64,000 nt of DNA, from the NCBI GenBank assembly GCA_041558415.1, contig JBFFEY010000001.1, forward strand, positions 22,910 to 86,909, read 5' to 3'. The notes under the pieces were generated by a model, which had not been told where the DNA came from, ran no database searches, and saw only the letters and a program-made list of their open reading frames with translations. How positions within the stretch are numbered: the first letter of the stretch is position 1; each line of letters opens with the position of its first letter. A program made the position numbers and the translations under genes. This stretch comes from Burkholderiales bacterium. Lineage in GTDB: Bacteria > Pseudomonadota > Gammaproteobacteria > Burkholderiales > SG8-39. Shown here piece by piece: positions 51,388-60,136 of the stretch.

Positions 51388-53130
51388 ATGTTTTTCCGGC
51401 GAATTTTCCTGCCTCTCGCGTTGATTCCCGTGCTGGCGGCGGCGGGGGGCTGTGTGCAGTTTGACGCCACCCGAGAGGCGCCCGCGGCGCCGACCGCCCC
51501 CGCTGCGTCGAGCACGACGATCGTGGCGAGTGCACCGGCCGAGCAGTCGCTCTCCGAAGCGATGCTGTACGAATTCCTGCTCGGCGAGATCGCCGCGCAG
51601 CGCGGCGATCCGGCGCTTGCCGCACAAACCTACATCGAGCTCGCGCGGCGCACGCGTGATCCGCGCGTCGCGCGCCGCGCAGTGGAACTGGCGAGTGCCG
51701 CACGACAGCAGGAACTTGCGCTCGAGGCGGCGCGCCTCTGGTACGAAACCGATCCGGAATCGACGCGCGCCCTGCAGACCGTGACGGCGCTGGTGGTTGC
51801 GACCGGCAAGGTAGAGGACGCAGAGCCCTATCTCGCCAAGCTGCTTGCCGCGAAAGGCACCAACACGGCGAGCGGTTTCATGCAGCTCAACCGCCTGCTC
51901 GCGCGCAGCCCCGACAAGGCCGCCTCGTTGCGCGTGGTCCGGCGGCTCGCCGAGCCGTACCCCAAGCTGCCAGAGGCGCACTTCGCGGTGTCACAGGCCG
52001 CGCTGGAGGCCGGCGACGAAGCGGCGGCGCTGGAGGCGATTCGGCGTGCCTCCGACCTGCGACCCGAATGGGAAGCCGCGCCGCTGTTCGAGGCGCAGAT
52101 CCTGCAGACGAAGTCTCCGGCCAAGGCGGCCGAGCGTCTCGAGCGGTATCTCGAGAAGTATCCTGACAAGCGCGACGTGCGCATGAACTACGCACGCCTG
52201 CTGGTGCTGGGCAAGCGCTTTCCCGAAGCGCGCGCACAGTTCGAGCGCCTGCTGGCGGACAACCCCGGAAACCCCGACGTGATCTACGCCGTCGGTCTGC
52301 TCGCGTTCCAGCTCAAGGACTACGCGGTTGCGGAAAGCAACCTGGAGCGTCTGCTCGAGATCAACTTTCGCGACGTCAACACCGCGCGCTACACGCTCGG
52401 TCAGATCGCCGAGGAGCAGAAGGACTGGCCGAAGGCGATTCGTTGGTACGAGAGCGTCGGTGCGGGCCAGCAATCGCTGCCGGCCCAGCTGCGCGTGGCC
52501 AGCGTGAAGGCGAAGCAGGGCCGGCTGGAGGAGGCGCGCGCCTACTTGCGCGGCATCGTCGTGAAAGACGAGCAGCAGAAGGTGCAGATCCTGGTTGCCG
52601 AGGCGCAGATCCTGCGCGAAGCAAACCGCCTCGACGAAGCGTTCAACATTCTCGGCCGCGCGCTTGAGCAGAACCCAGACGAGCCGGACCTGCTCTACGA
52701 CCACGCCTTGACCGCCGAAAAGCTCGGGCGCTTCGACGTGCTGGAGACCAACCTGCGCAAACTGATTGCAGTGCGGCCCGACCACGCCCACGCCTATAAC
52801 GCGCTGGGGTACTCCTTCGCCGACCGCAACACGCGGCTCGAGGAGGCGCGCACGCTGATCGAGCATGCGCTGGAACTCGCGCCGAACGACGCATTCATCA
52901 TCGATTCCATGGGCTGGGTGCTGTACCGGCAGGGCGACGCAAAGGGTGCGGTCACCCAATTGCGCCGCGCCTGGTTGCTGCGCCCGGATGCGGAAATCGG
53001 CGCGCACCTCGGCGAAGTATTGTGGTCGACGGGCGAACGCGAGGAAGCGAACCGCATTTGGGATGAAACGCTGCGCGAACATCCGGACAACGAGACTCTT
53101 CTAAAGACGCTACGGCGCTTCCGGCCGTGA
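51388..53130 (+). CDS. tetratricopeptide-repeat lipoprotein
   Basis: ATG 51388 (MFFRRIFLPLALIPVLAAAGGC) with a lipobox. Many TPR-like repeats. Conserved mutM / TPR / lolB / ispE arrangement. Confidence 0.85.
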   Translation: MFFRRIFLPLALIPVLAAAGGCVQFDATREAPAAPTAPAASSTTIVASAPAEQSLSEAMLYEFLLGEIAAQRGDPALAAQTYIELARRTRDPRVARRAVELASAARQQELALEAARLWYETDPESTRALQTVTALVVATGKVEDAEPYLAKLLAAKGTNTASGFMQLNRLLARSPDKAASLRVVRRLAEPYPKLPEAHFAVSQAALEAGDEAAALEAIRRASDLRPEWEAAPLFEAQILQTKSPAKAAERLERYLEKYPDKRDVRMNYARLLVLGKRFPEARAQFERLLADNPGNPDVIYAVGLLAFQLKDYAVAESNLERLLEINFRDVNTARYTLGQIAEEQKDWPKAIRWYESVGAGQQSLPAQLRVASVKAKQGRLEEARAYLRGIVVKDEQQKVQILVAEAQILREANRLDEAFNILGRALEQNPDEPDLLYDHALTAEKLGRFDVLETNLRKLIAVRPDHAHAYNALGYSFADRNTRLEEARTLIEHALELAPNDAFIIDSMGWVLYRQGDAKGAVTQLRRAWLLRPDAEIGAHLGEVLWSTGEREEANRIWDETLREHPDNETLLKTLRRFRP

Positions 53131-53693
53131 ATTGCATGGCCCGGGCGCTCGCGCTCGTCGCGCTCCTCGTGCTGGCTGGCTGCGCGGCGCTCGAATTCGA
53201 GCGCGCCGCGGATGCGCGCGGCTTCGAGCTTTCCGGGCGAATCGCGGTGCGCTACGGCGCGGAGGCCGCGGGCGGGCAGCTGCGCTGGCGGCACGACCGC
53301 GGCGGCGATGAGATGCTGATCAGCTCGCCGCTGGGCCAAGGCCTCGCGCGCATCCAGCGCGACGGCGAGGCCGTGAAGCTGACGACCGCCGACGGCCGTG
53401 AGTACCGTGCGGCCGACGCGGAAGAACTCACGCATCGCGTGCTGGGATTTCGCGTGCCGCTGGCGGCGCTTCCCGACTGGGTGCAGGGAAGAGCGGCGCG
53501 CGACATGGCGGTGACGCAAGCACAGCGCGACGCGCAGGGGCGCCTCGTTCTGCTCGAGCAGGCCGGCTGGCGCATCGAATTCCTCGCCTACGCAGACGAC
53601 GCTGCGCGGCCGACGCGCCTGCGGCTGACCTATCCCGCGCTCGAACTGCGCCTTGTCATCGCAGAGTGGCGCACGGCGCCGGACACCAACTGA
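53127..53693 (+). CDS. lolB: outer-membrane lipoprotein insertion protein LolB
   Basis: Lipobox LLVLAGC. The length and its position upstream of ispE fit LolB. GTG 53127 and ATG 53136 are both possible starts. Confidence 0.85.
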   Translation: MNCMARALALVALLVLAGCAALEFERAADARGFELSGRIAVRYGAEAAGGQLRWRHDRGGDEMLISSPLGQGLARIQRDGEAVKLTTADGREYRAADAEELTHRVLGFRVPLAALPDWVQGRAARDMAVTQAQRDAQGRLVLLEQAGWRIEFLAYADDAARPTRLRLTYPALELRLVIAEWRTAPDTN

Positions 53694-53699
53694 TCGGCC

Positions 53700-54560
53700 G
53701 TGCAGTGGTATCCCGCACCTGGCAAGCTGAATCTTTTTCTGCACGTGCTCGCACGCCGCGCGGACGGCTATCACGAGCTGCAGACGGTGTTTCAGCTTAT
53801 CGACCGGGCCGATCGCGTCGGCGTGGCGCTGCGCGAGGACGGCGTGCTGCAGCGGCTGGACGCGTTGCCTGGCGTGCCGCCGGAGAGCGATCTCTGCCTG
53901 CGCGCTGCCCTGCGCATGAAGGCGCTCGCGGAGGCGCGGCTGGGGCCCTCGGCGGCGGCGCGACTCGGCGCTGCGATCGCGCTGGAAAAGCATCTGCCGA
54001 TAGGGGGTGGGCTCGGCGGGGGCTCGTCGGATGCTGCCACGGTGTTGCTGGTGCTGAACCGGCTCTGGAACCTGAACCTCGACCGCGCGGCGCTCATCGC
54101 CGAAGCCGCACGGCTGGGCGCCGATGTGCCACTGTTCGTCTTTGGCCGCAACGCCCTCGGCGAGGGCATCGGCGAGCGCCTGCGCGCCCTCGATCTGCGC
54201 CCGGCCTGGTACCTGGTGCTGGTACCGCCCGTCAGCGTGTCGACGCGCGAGGTCTTTGCTTCGCCCGCGTTGACACGGGACACGAAACCTCTCAAAATAA
54301 TGCCCTTTTTTCAGGGGCTTGGGAGAAACGACCTCGAGCCGGTCGTGACCGCCCGATATCCCGAGGTCGCCGCGCAGCTGGATTGGCTCAGACGGCAGTG
54401 TCCGGGGGCGCGGATGACGGGCAGTGGGGGGTGCGTGTTCGCAGCATTCGATTCCGCTGCGAAGGCGCGGGCGCTACAGTCGCGCCTGCCGGCGTCGATG
54501 CACGGGTTCCTCGCCGAGGGACTTGCCCATCACCCGCTGCACGACTGGGCGCAGGATTGA
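53700..54560 (+). CDS. ispE: 4-diphosphocytidyl-2-C-methyl-D-erythritol kinase
   Basis: APGKLNLFLHV, and GHMP-kinase motif PIGGGLGGGSSDAA. Confidence 0.95.
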   Translation: MQWYPAPGKLNLFLHVLARRADGYHELQTVFQLIDRADRVGVALREDGVLQRLDALPGVPPESDLCLRAALRMKALAEARLGPSAAARLGAAIALEKHLPIGGGLGGGSSDAATVLLVLNRLWNLNLDRAALIAEAARLGADVPLFVFGRNALGEGIGERLRALDLRPAWYLVLVPPVSVSTREVFASPALTRDTKPLKIMPFFQGLGRNDLEPVVTARYPEVAAQLDWLRRQCPGARMTGSGGCVFAAFDSAAKARALQSRLPASMHGFLAEGLAHHPLHDWAQD

Positions 54561-54581
54561 GGTTCGAGACGAAACAACCAC

Positions 54582-54658
54582 TGGGGCGTCGCCAAGCTGG
54601 TTAAGGCACCGGATTTTGATTCCGGCATTCCTAGGTTCGAATCCTAGCGCCCCAGCCA
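54582..54658 (+). tRNA. tRNA-Gln (anticodon UUG), CCA encoded
   Basis: Cloverleaf read by eye. Acceptor stem TGGGGCG/CGCCCCA, anticodon stem CCGGA/TCCGG with loop TTTTGAT, T-arm CTAGG-TTCGAAT-CCTAG, and 3' GCCA. Confidence 0.93.
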
Positions 54659-54718
54659 CACAACCACGCAGCTTCGGCTCGGACCCGAGGCCGCTCTTTC
54701 ACCCGCACAGGACGTCCG

Positions 54719-55678
54719 ATGACCAACCTGCCGCTCGAGCGCTTGATGGTGTTCACCGGGAACGCGAATGCGCGTCTCGCGCAGGACGTCGTCAAGCAGC
54801 TGAACATCGGCCTCGGGCGCGCGATCGTGGGGCGATTTTCCGACGGCGAGGTGCTGGTCGAACTGCTGGAGAACGTGCGCGGCAAGGACGTCTTCGTCCT
54901 GCAGTCCACCTGCGCGCCGACCAACGACAATCTGATGGAGCTGCTCGTGATGGTCGACGCGCTCAAGCGCTCGTCGGCGGCGCGCGTCACTGCGGCGATC
55001 CCGTACTTCGGCTACGCGCGCCAGGATCGACGGCCGCGCTCGGCGCGGGTCGCGATCAGCGCCAAGGTGGTGGCCAACATGCTGACCTCGGTCGGCGTGG
55101 CGCGCGTGCTGACCATGGACCTGCATGCCGATCAGATCCAGGGCTTCTTTGACCTGCCGGTCGACAACATCTACGCGGCGCCGGTGTTGCTGGGCGACGT
55201 CTGGAAGCAGCGCTACGACGACTTGATCGTGGTTTCGCCGGACGTCGGCGGCGTGGTGCGCGCCCGCGCCCTGGCGAAGCGGCTCGAATCCGATCTTGCC
55301 ATCATCGACAAGCGCCGGCCGAAGGCGAATGTCGCGGAAGTGATGAATGTCATCGGCGACGTCTCCGGGCGCACCTGCGTGATCATGGACGACATGGTCG
55401 ACACTGCGGGCACGCTGTGCAAGGCCGCCCAGGTGCTCAAGGAAGAGGGCGCGACGCGGGTCGTCGCCTACTGTACCCATCCCGTGCTCTCGGGCGGCGC
55501 CGTCGAGCGCATTGCGTCGAGCGACCTGGACGAGTTGGTCGTGACCGATACGATCCCGCTGAGCGAGCAGGGGCAGGCCTGCAGCAAGATCCGCCAGCTG
55601 TCCGTGGCCGGCCTGCTGGCCGAAACGATTCTGCGGATTTTCACGGAAGAGTCGGTGAGCTCGCTGTTTACCGAATAG
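54719..55678 (+). CDS. prs: ribose-phosphate pyrophosphokinase
   Basis: [23 protein letters not shown] and [10 protein letters not shown] motifs. Confidence 0.97.
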   Translation: MTNLPLERLMVFTGNANARLAQDVVKQLNIGLGRAIVGRFSDGEVLVELLENVRGKDVFVLQSTCAPTNDNLMELLVMVDALKRSSAARVTAAIPYFGYARQDRRPRSARVAISAKVVANMLTSVGVARVLTMDLHADQIQGFFDLPVDNIYAAPVLLGDVWKQRYDDLIVVSPDVGGVVRARALAKRLESDLAIIDKRRPKANVAEVMNVIGDVSGRTCVIMDDMVDTAGTLCKAAQVLKEEGATRVVAYCTHPVLSGGAVERIASSDLDELVVTDTIPLSEQGQACSKIRQLSVAGLLAETILRIFTEESVSSLFTE

Positions 55679-55740
55679 AGTATTTTTCCAACCCCGTCTG
55701 TGCCTGGTCGCGGGCCTGACGGATTCACAAGGAGCAAGCG

Positions 55741-56427
55741 ATGAAAATCGAAGTAAATGCGCAAAAGCGCGACGTGCAGGGAACGGGTGCGAGCCGCCGC
55801 CTGCGTCGCGTGGGCAAGGTGCCCGGCATCGTCTATGGCGGGGAGCATCCGCCCGTCAATATCGAGCTGGACCACAAGGAGATGCTGCAGAACCTGATGC
55901 GCGAGGCGTTCCACGCCTCGATCCTGACGCTCAAGCTCGACGGCCAGAGCGAGCAGGTGCTGCTGCGAGCCTTCAACATGCACCCCTTCAAGACCCGCGT
56001 GCAGCACGTGGACTTTCAGCGCGTCTCGAAAGACAAGAAGATCCACATGAAGGTGCCTCTGCACTTCGTCAACGCCGAGATTTCGCCGGGCGTGAAGGAG
56101 CAGGGCGGTGTGGCCAACCACGTCATGAATGACCTCGACATCAGCTGCCTGCCCGACGACCTGCCGGAGTTCATCGAAGTCGACTTGGGCAATCTGACGG
56201 TGGGGCACTCGATCCATGTGCGCGACCTCGCCCTGCCCAAGGGCGTCGAGCTGGTGCTGCACCGGACTGAAAACCCGGTGGTCGCGACCGTGATCCTCCC
56301 GGCGCTGGTCAGCGAAGAGGAAGAGACGGCTGCGGCGGAAGGCGCGCCGGCTGCAGGCGAGGTGCCGACCACGGAGCAGGGCGCCAAACCCGAGGAAGGC
56401 GAAGGCGGCGAGGAGAAGGGCAAGTAA
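55741..56427 (+). CDS. rplY: 50S ribosomal protein L25 / general stress protein Ctc (long form)
   Basis: [24 protein letters not shown] motif, and an acidic C-terminal extension. Confidence 0.94.
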   Translation: MKIEVNAQKRDVQGTGASRRLRRVGKVPGIVYGGEHPPVNIELDHKEMLQNLMREAFHASILTLKLDGQSEQVLLRAFNMHPFKTRVQHVDFQRVSKDKKIHMKVPLHFVNAEISPGVKEQGGVANHVMNDLDISCLPDDLPEFIEVDLGNLTVGHSIHVRDLALPKGVELVLHRTENPVVATVILPALVSEEEETAAAEGAPAAGEVPTTEQGAKPEEGEGGEEKGK

Positions 56428-56514
56428 CGCGTCGCTGCAGCGCCGGTCGCGGCGGAGGGCTTGCCGCCTTCCACCGCGTTGCTTCCGGCGCGCGCCGATC
56501 ACGCGAGACACCGC

Positions 56515-57288
56515 ATGTCGAGCATCCGCATAGTCGTCGGCCTGGGCAATCCGGGCAAGGAATACGAACGCACCCGGCACAACGCCGGATTCTGGTTCGT
56601 GGAGCGGCTCGCCCTCGCTCGCGGCGTCGCGCTCAAAAAGGACAACCACTATCAGGCGCTGGTGGGCAAGGACGGCGCGCTGTGGCTGGTGATGCCGCAG
56701 ACCTTCATGAACGCCTCGGGACGGGCGGTGCAGATGCTCGCCCACTTCTTCAAGGTCCAGCCCGCGGAGATCCTCGTGGTACATGATGAGCTCGACTTCG
56801 CGCCGGGTACCGCGCGCCTCAAGCAGGGCGGGGGCATCGCTGGGCACAACGGTCTGAGGGACATCTCGCAGCGTCTCGGGTCGCACGACTACTGGCGCCT
56901 GCGCATCGGCGTGGGACGGCCGCCGGCCGGGCGCGACGGCGGGGACTACGTGCTGGAGAAGCCCCCAGCCGAGGAGCGCGAGGCGATCGAGGGGGCGATC
57001 GCGCGCGCGCTCGAACTCGTTCCGCAAATGCTGGAGGGCGACCTGCAGAGCACGATGCAGAAGCTGCACACGCGCGACAAGCCGGTCGAGAGGAAAGCCG
57101 AGGAAAAGAAGGCCAAAGAGAAGAAGCCGGATAAAGAAGTGGAGCAGAAAGCGGCGCAGAAACCGGAAAAGAAGACGCCCGAATCGAAGGAGGCGAACAA
57201 GCCTCAGACGCCGCCTCCCCCGCCGAAGGAAAAGAGCACCGGCCTGCTGAAGGGCCTGCTCAAGGGCCTGACTGGCACCAAGAAATGA
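56515..57288 (+). CDS. pth: peptidyl-tRNA hydrolase with an unusual K/E/P-rich C-terminal extension of about 70 aa
   Basis: ATG 56515 ([26 protein letters not shown]...), with the HDELD and GHNGLRD motifs. The usual Pth end (...MQKLHT) is followed without a stop by [22 protein letters not shown]...[25 protein letters not shown]. Confidence 0.9.
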   Translation: MSSIRIVVGLGNPGKEYERTRHNAGFWFVERLALARGVALKKDNHYQALVGKDGALWLVMPQTFMNASGRAVQMLAHFFKVQPAEILVVHDELDFAPGTARLKQGGGIAGHNGLRDISQRLGSHDYWRLRIGVGRPPAGRDGGDYVLEKPPAEEREAIEGAIARALELVPQMLEGDLQSTMQKLHTRDKPVERKAEEKKAKEKKPDKEVEQKAAQKPEKKTPESKEANKPQTPPPPPKEKSTGLLKGLLKGLTGTKK

Positions 57289-58379
57289 GCCTGAAGTGCG
57301 GTATCGTCGGCTTGCCGAACGTCGGCAAGTCGACGCTCTTCAATGCCCTGACCAAGGCGTCGATCTCGGCGGAAAACTATCCGTTTTGCACGATTGAGCC
57401 CAACGTCGGCATCGTCGAGGTGCCCGATCCGCGGCTGGCGGAGCTTGCGCGCATCGCGAAGCCACAGAAGGTCATTCCGGCGGTGGTCGAGTTCGTCGAC
57501 ATCGCGGGCCTGGTCGCCGGCGCGTCCAAGGGCGAGGGCCTCGGCAACCAGTTTCTCGCCAACATCCGCGAGACCGACGCGATTGCGCACGTGGTGCGCT
57601 GCTTCGAGGACCCGAACGTGGTGCACGTCGCGGGCAAGGTCGACCCGGTGTCGGACATTGAAACCATCAACACCGAACTCGCACTTGCCGATCTCGCCGC
57701 GGTGGAAAAGCAGCTGGCCAAGAACGAGAAAGTGGCGAAGGCCGGCGGCGACAAGGAGGCGCAGCGGCTGGTGGCCGTACTGCACAAGGTGCAGGCGGCG
57801 CTAGACGAGGGGCGCCCGGCACGCTCGGTCGAACTGGCGCGCGAGGAGCTGGCGGTGCTGAAGCCGCTGTTCCTGCTCACCATGAAACCGACGACGTACG
57901 TGGCCAACGTCGCCGAGAACGGCTTTCGCGACAACCCGCTGCTTGCGGCGGTCGAGGCGCACGCGGCGAAGGAAGGCGCGCCGGTGGTCGCGATCTGCGC
58001 GGCGATCGAGGCGCAGATCGCCGACCTGAGCGACGAGGACAAGAAGCTGTTCCTTGCCGACATGAACATGGACGAGCCCGGGCTGAACCGCGTCATTCGC
58101 GCCGGCTACGAACTTCTCGGCCTGCAGACCTATTTCACCGCCGGACCGAAGGAGGTGCGCGCCTGGACCGTGCGGGTCGGCGCGACTGCGCCCGAGGCCG
58201 CCGGCGTCATCCACACCGACTTCCAGCACGGCTTCATCCGTGCCGAGGTGATCGCGATCGATGACTACCTGCGCCTCGAGGGCGAGCAAAAGGCGAAGGA
58301 GGCGGGCAAGATGCGGGTGGAAGGCAAGGACTACGTCGTCCGCGACGGCGACGTCATGCACTTTCGCTTCAACGTCTGA
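57285..58379 (+). CDS. ychF: redox-regulated ATPase YchF
   Basis: The ATG overlaps the pth stop (ATGA). [14 protein letters not shown], and a C-terminal TGS-like domain ending [11 protein letters not shown]. Confidence 0.96.
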   Translation: MSLKCGIVGLPNVGKSTLFNALTKASISAENYPFCTIEPNVGIVEVPDPRLAELARIAKPQKVIPAVVEFVDIAGLVAGASKGEGLGNQFLANIRETDAIAHVVRCFEDPNVVHVAGKVDPVSDIETINTELALADLAAVEKQLAKNEKVAKAGGDKEAQRLVAVLHKVQAALDEGRPARSVELAREELAVLKPLFLLTMKPTTYVANVAENGFRDNPLLAAVEAHAAKEGAPVVAICAAIEAQIADLSDEDKKLFLADMNMDEPGLNRVIRAGYELLGLQTYFTAGPKEVRAWTVRVGATAPEAAGVIHTDFQHGFIRAEVIAIDDYLRLEGEQKAKEAGKMRVEGKDYVVRDGDVMHFRFNV

Positions 58380-58397
58380 GCGCCCTTTCCGCGCGCT

Positions 58398-60044
58398 TCA
58401 GCGCGCGGTGGACCGGGTGGCCATGTGCTCATGCGGCGGGCGCGCATCCTGCAGGATGTCGAGCCCGGCCTGGTAGACGCTGGTCTCGATCTCGAGAAAG
58501 CCGAGCACCGTGTGGAAGATGTTGGCATGCGTGAAACGCACGTCCCGCTTCTTCTGCAGTGCGGGCAGATCGACGTCGTCGAAGTTCTTGCCGAACCAAA
58601 GCACGACGGGCACGCGCACCTGCGTATCGGGCGCGATCAGCTTGGGCATGCCATGCAGATAGAGCCCGCCCTCGCCGAGCGATTCACCGTGATCGCTGAC
58701 ATAGAACAGCGCCGTCTCGAAGTGCGCATCGTTGCGCTCGAGCAGCGCGATGGTTTGCGCCAGGAAATGGTCGGTATACAGAATCGCGTTGTCGTAGGCG
58801 TTGTCGATCTCATCCCGGCTGCAGCGGCTCAGGTCGTCGTCACGACAGGCGGGCTTGAATCGTTCGAAAGCCGCGGGATAGCGCCGGTAGTAGGCCGGCC
58901 CGTGGTTCCCCATCTGGTGCAGCACGATGAAGGTATCCCCGCTCGGATGCGCGTCGATGTAGCGCTGCAGATCGCCGAGCATGCCCTCATCACGGCACTC
59001 GAGGTCGCAGACCGGATTCAGCTTCGGTGAGCGGTAGTCCTCATACGGCACGCGCAGCGCGACGCCCTTCGAATCCGAGTTGTTGTCGCGCCAGAGCACG
59101 TTTACGCCCGCGTGTTGCAGCACGTCGAGAAGGTTCTCGCGCCCCGTGCCCCGCGCAGCGCTTCGGCTCTCGCCATCGAGCGCGAACATGCAGGGCACCG
59201 AAACGGCAGTCGAGGTACCGCAGGCCCAGACGTTCGTGAGGCTGATCGCGCCGGCCTTGCGCAGCTGCGGGTTCGTGTCGCGTGCGTAGCCGTTCAGCGA
59301 AAAGCGGTCCGCGCGGGCCGTTTCACCGAGCACCATGATGATGAGCTCCCGGTGCGGATCGGTTGCGGGGATCTTCGCGTCCCTGCCCACGGGCGCGAGC
59401 GCGGTATCGACTTCCGGCGTCAGGCGCTGGCGCAGGTATTGGATCGCGGCGTAGCTGTAGTAGGTCGGATTCGCGTAAGCGCGCAGCGCCTTGTGCTCGC
59501 GGAAGAACGAGGCATAGAAGCTGCCGAAGGCAAGCACCACGCCCGCCATGGTCGCCAGCGTGAACCCCAGCAGCTTAAGGCGCGCGAGCAGCTCGCTGCG
59601 CAGGCCGCGCCAGCGCAGCGGCAGACGGGCGACCAGGACTGCCGGCACGAGGCCAAGCACGACGAAATAGGCGAGCAGCTTGACGTTGAGCAGATCGCGC
59701 ACTTCGGCCACGTTCGTCAGGGCAGCGTTGTGCAGCATTTCGTCGCTGATGACGACGCCATAGCTGTCCATGAAATAGGCCGCCAGCGACGACAGCAGCA
59801 AAAAGAGGATGAGGACCGGCTTGGTGGCGCGCCAGATGCACAGCGCGGCGAGCAGCACGATGGTGGTCCCACCGAACACGACGATCAGCGACAGCAGCGG
59901 CACTGCCGTGCTGCCGTCGAGCGCGTACGTCTTCAGCAGGTTGGAGATGAACGCGCCGTTGCCGAATGCCGTCAGGAAAACGGCGACGACAACGATCAGC
60001 GTATTGGCGGTCAGGCCGCGCCGGGGCAGGCGTGGGAGGGTCAT
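58398..60044 (-). CDS. eptA: phosphoethanolamine--lipid A transferase (EptA/PmrC, MCR-related sulfatase-fold family)
   Basis: Start at 60044 (MTLPRLPRRGLTANTLIV...). Five N-terminal TM helices. Catalytic-Thr context WACGTSTAVSVPCMF, then VLHQMGNHGPAYYRRYP and SDHGESLGE. Confidence 0.9.
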   Translation of the reverse strand: MTLPRLPRRGLTANTLIVVVAVFLTAFGNGAFISNLLKTYALDGSTAVPLLSLIVVFGGTTIVLLAALCIWRATKPVLILFLLLSSLAAYFMDSYGVVISDEMLHNAALTNVAEVRDLLNVKLLAYFVVLGLVPAVLVARLPLRWRGLRSELLARLKLLGFTLATMAGVVLAFGSFYASFFREHKALRAYANPTYYSYAAIQYLRQRLTPEVDTALAPVGRDAKIPATDPHRELIIMVLGETARADRFSLNGYARDTNPQLRKAGAISLTNVWACGTSTAVSVPCMFALDGESRSAARGTGRENLLDVLQHAGVNVLWRDNNSDSKGVALRVPYEDYRSPKLNPVCDLECRDEGMLGDLQRYIDAHPSGDTFIVLHQMGNHGPAYYRRYPAAFERFKPACRDDDLSRCSRDEIDNAYDNAILYTDHFLAQTIALLERNDAHFETALFYVSDHGESLGEGGLYLHGMPKLIAPDTQVRVPVVLWFGKNFDDVDLPALQKKRDVRFTHANIFHTVLGFLEIETSVYQAGLDILQDARPPHEHMATRSTAR

Positions 60045-60136
60045 CGATTCGGGCTCGCAGAGCCTGCGCGCCTCGAGAGGGATCGTCCAGCAGACCCGTC
60101 GCGGCGGTAAAGGTTCCCGTGCACCGGCGCTGACGT

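Noticed and set aside
54582-54658. tRNA-Gln as a genomic-island integration site.
   Set aside because: It sits in the conserved ispE-tRNA-prs arrangement with core genes on both sides. I did not see a repeat of the tRNA 3' end downstream.
55468-57069. 533-aa minus-strand ORF antisense to prs, rplY and pth.
   Set aside because: It crosses three conserved plus-strand genes and two intergenic regions and has no recognisable domains.
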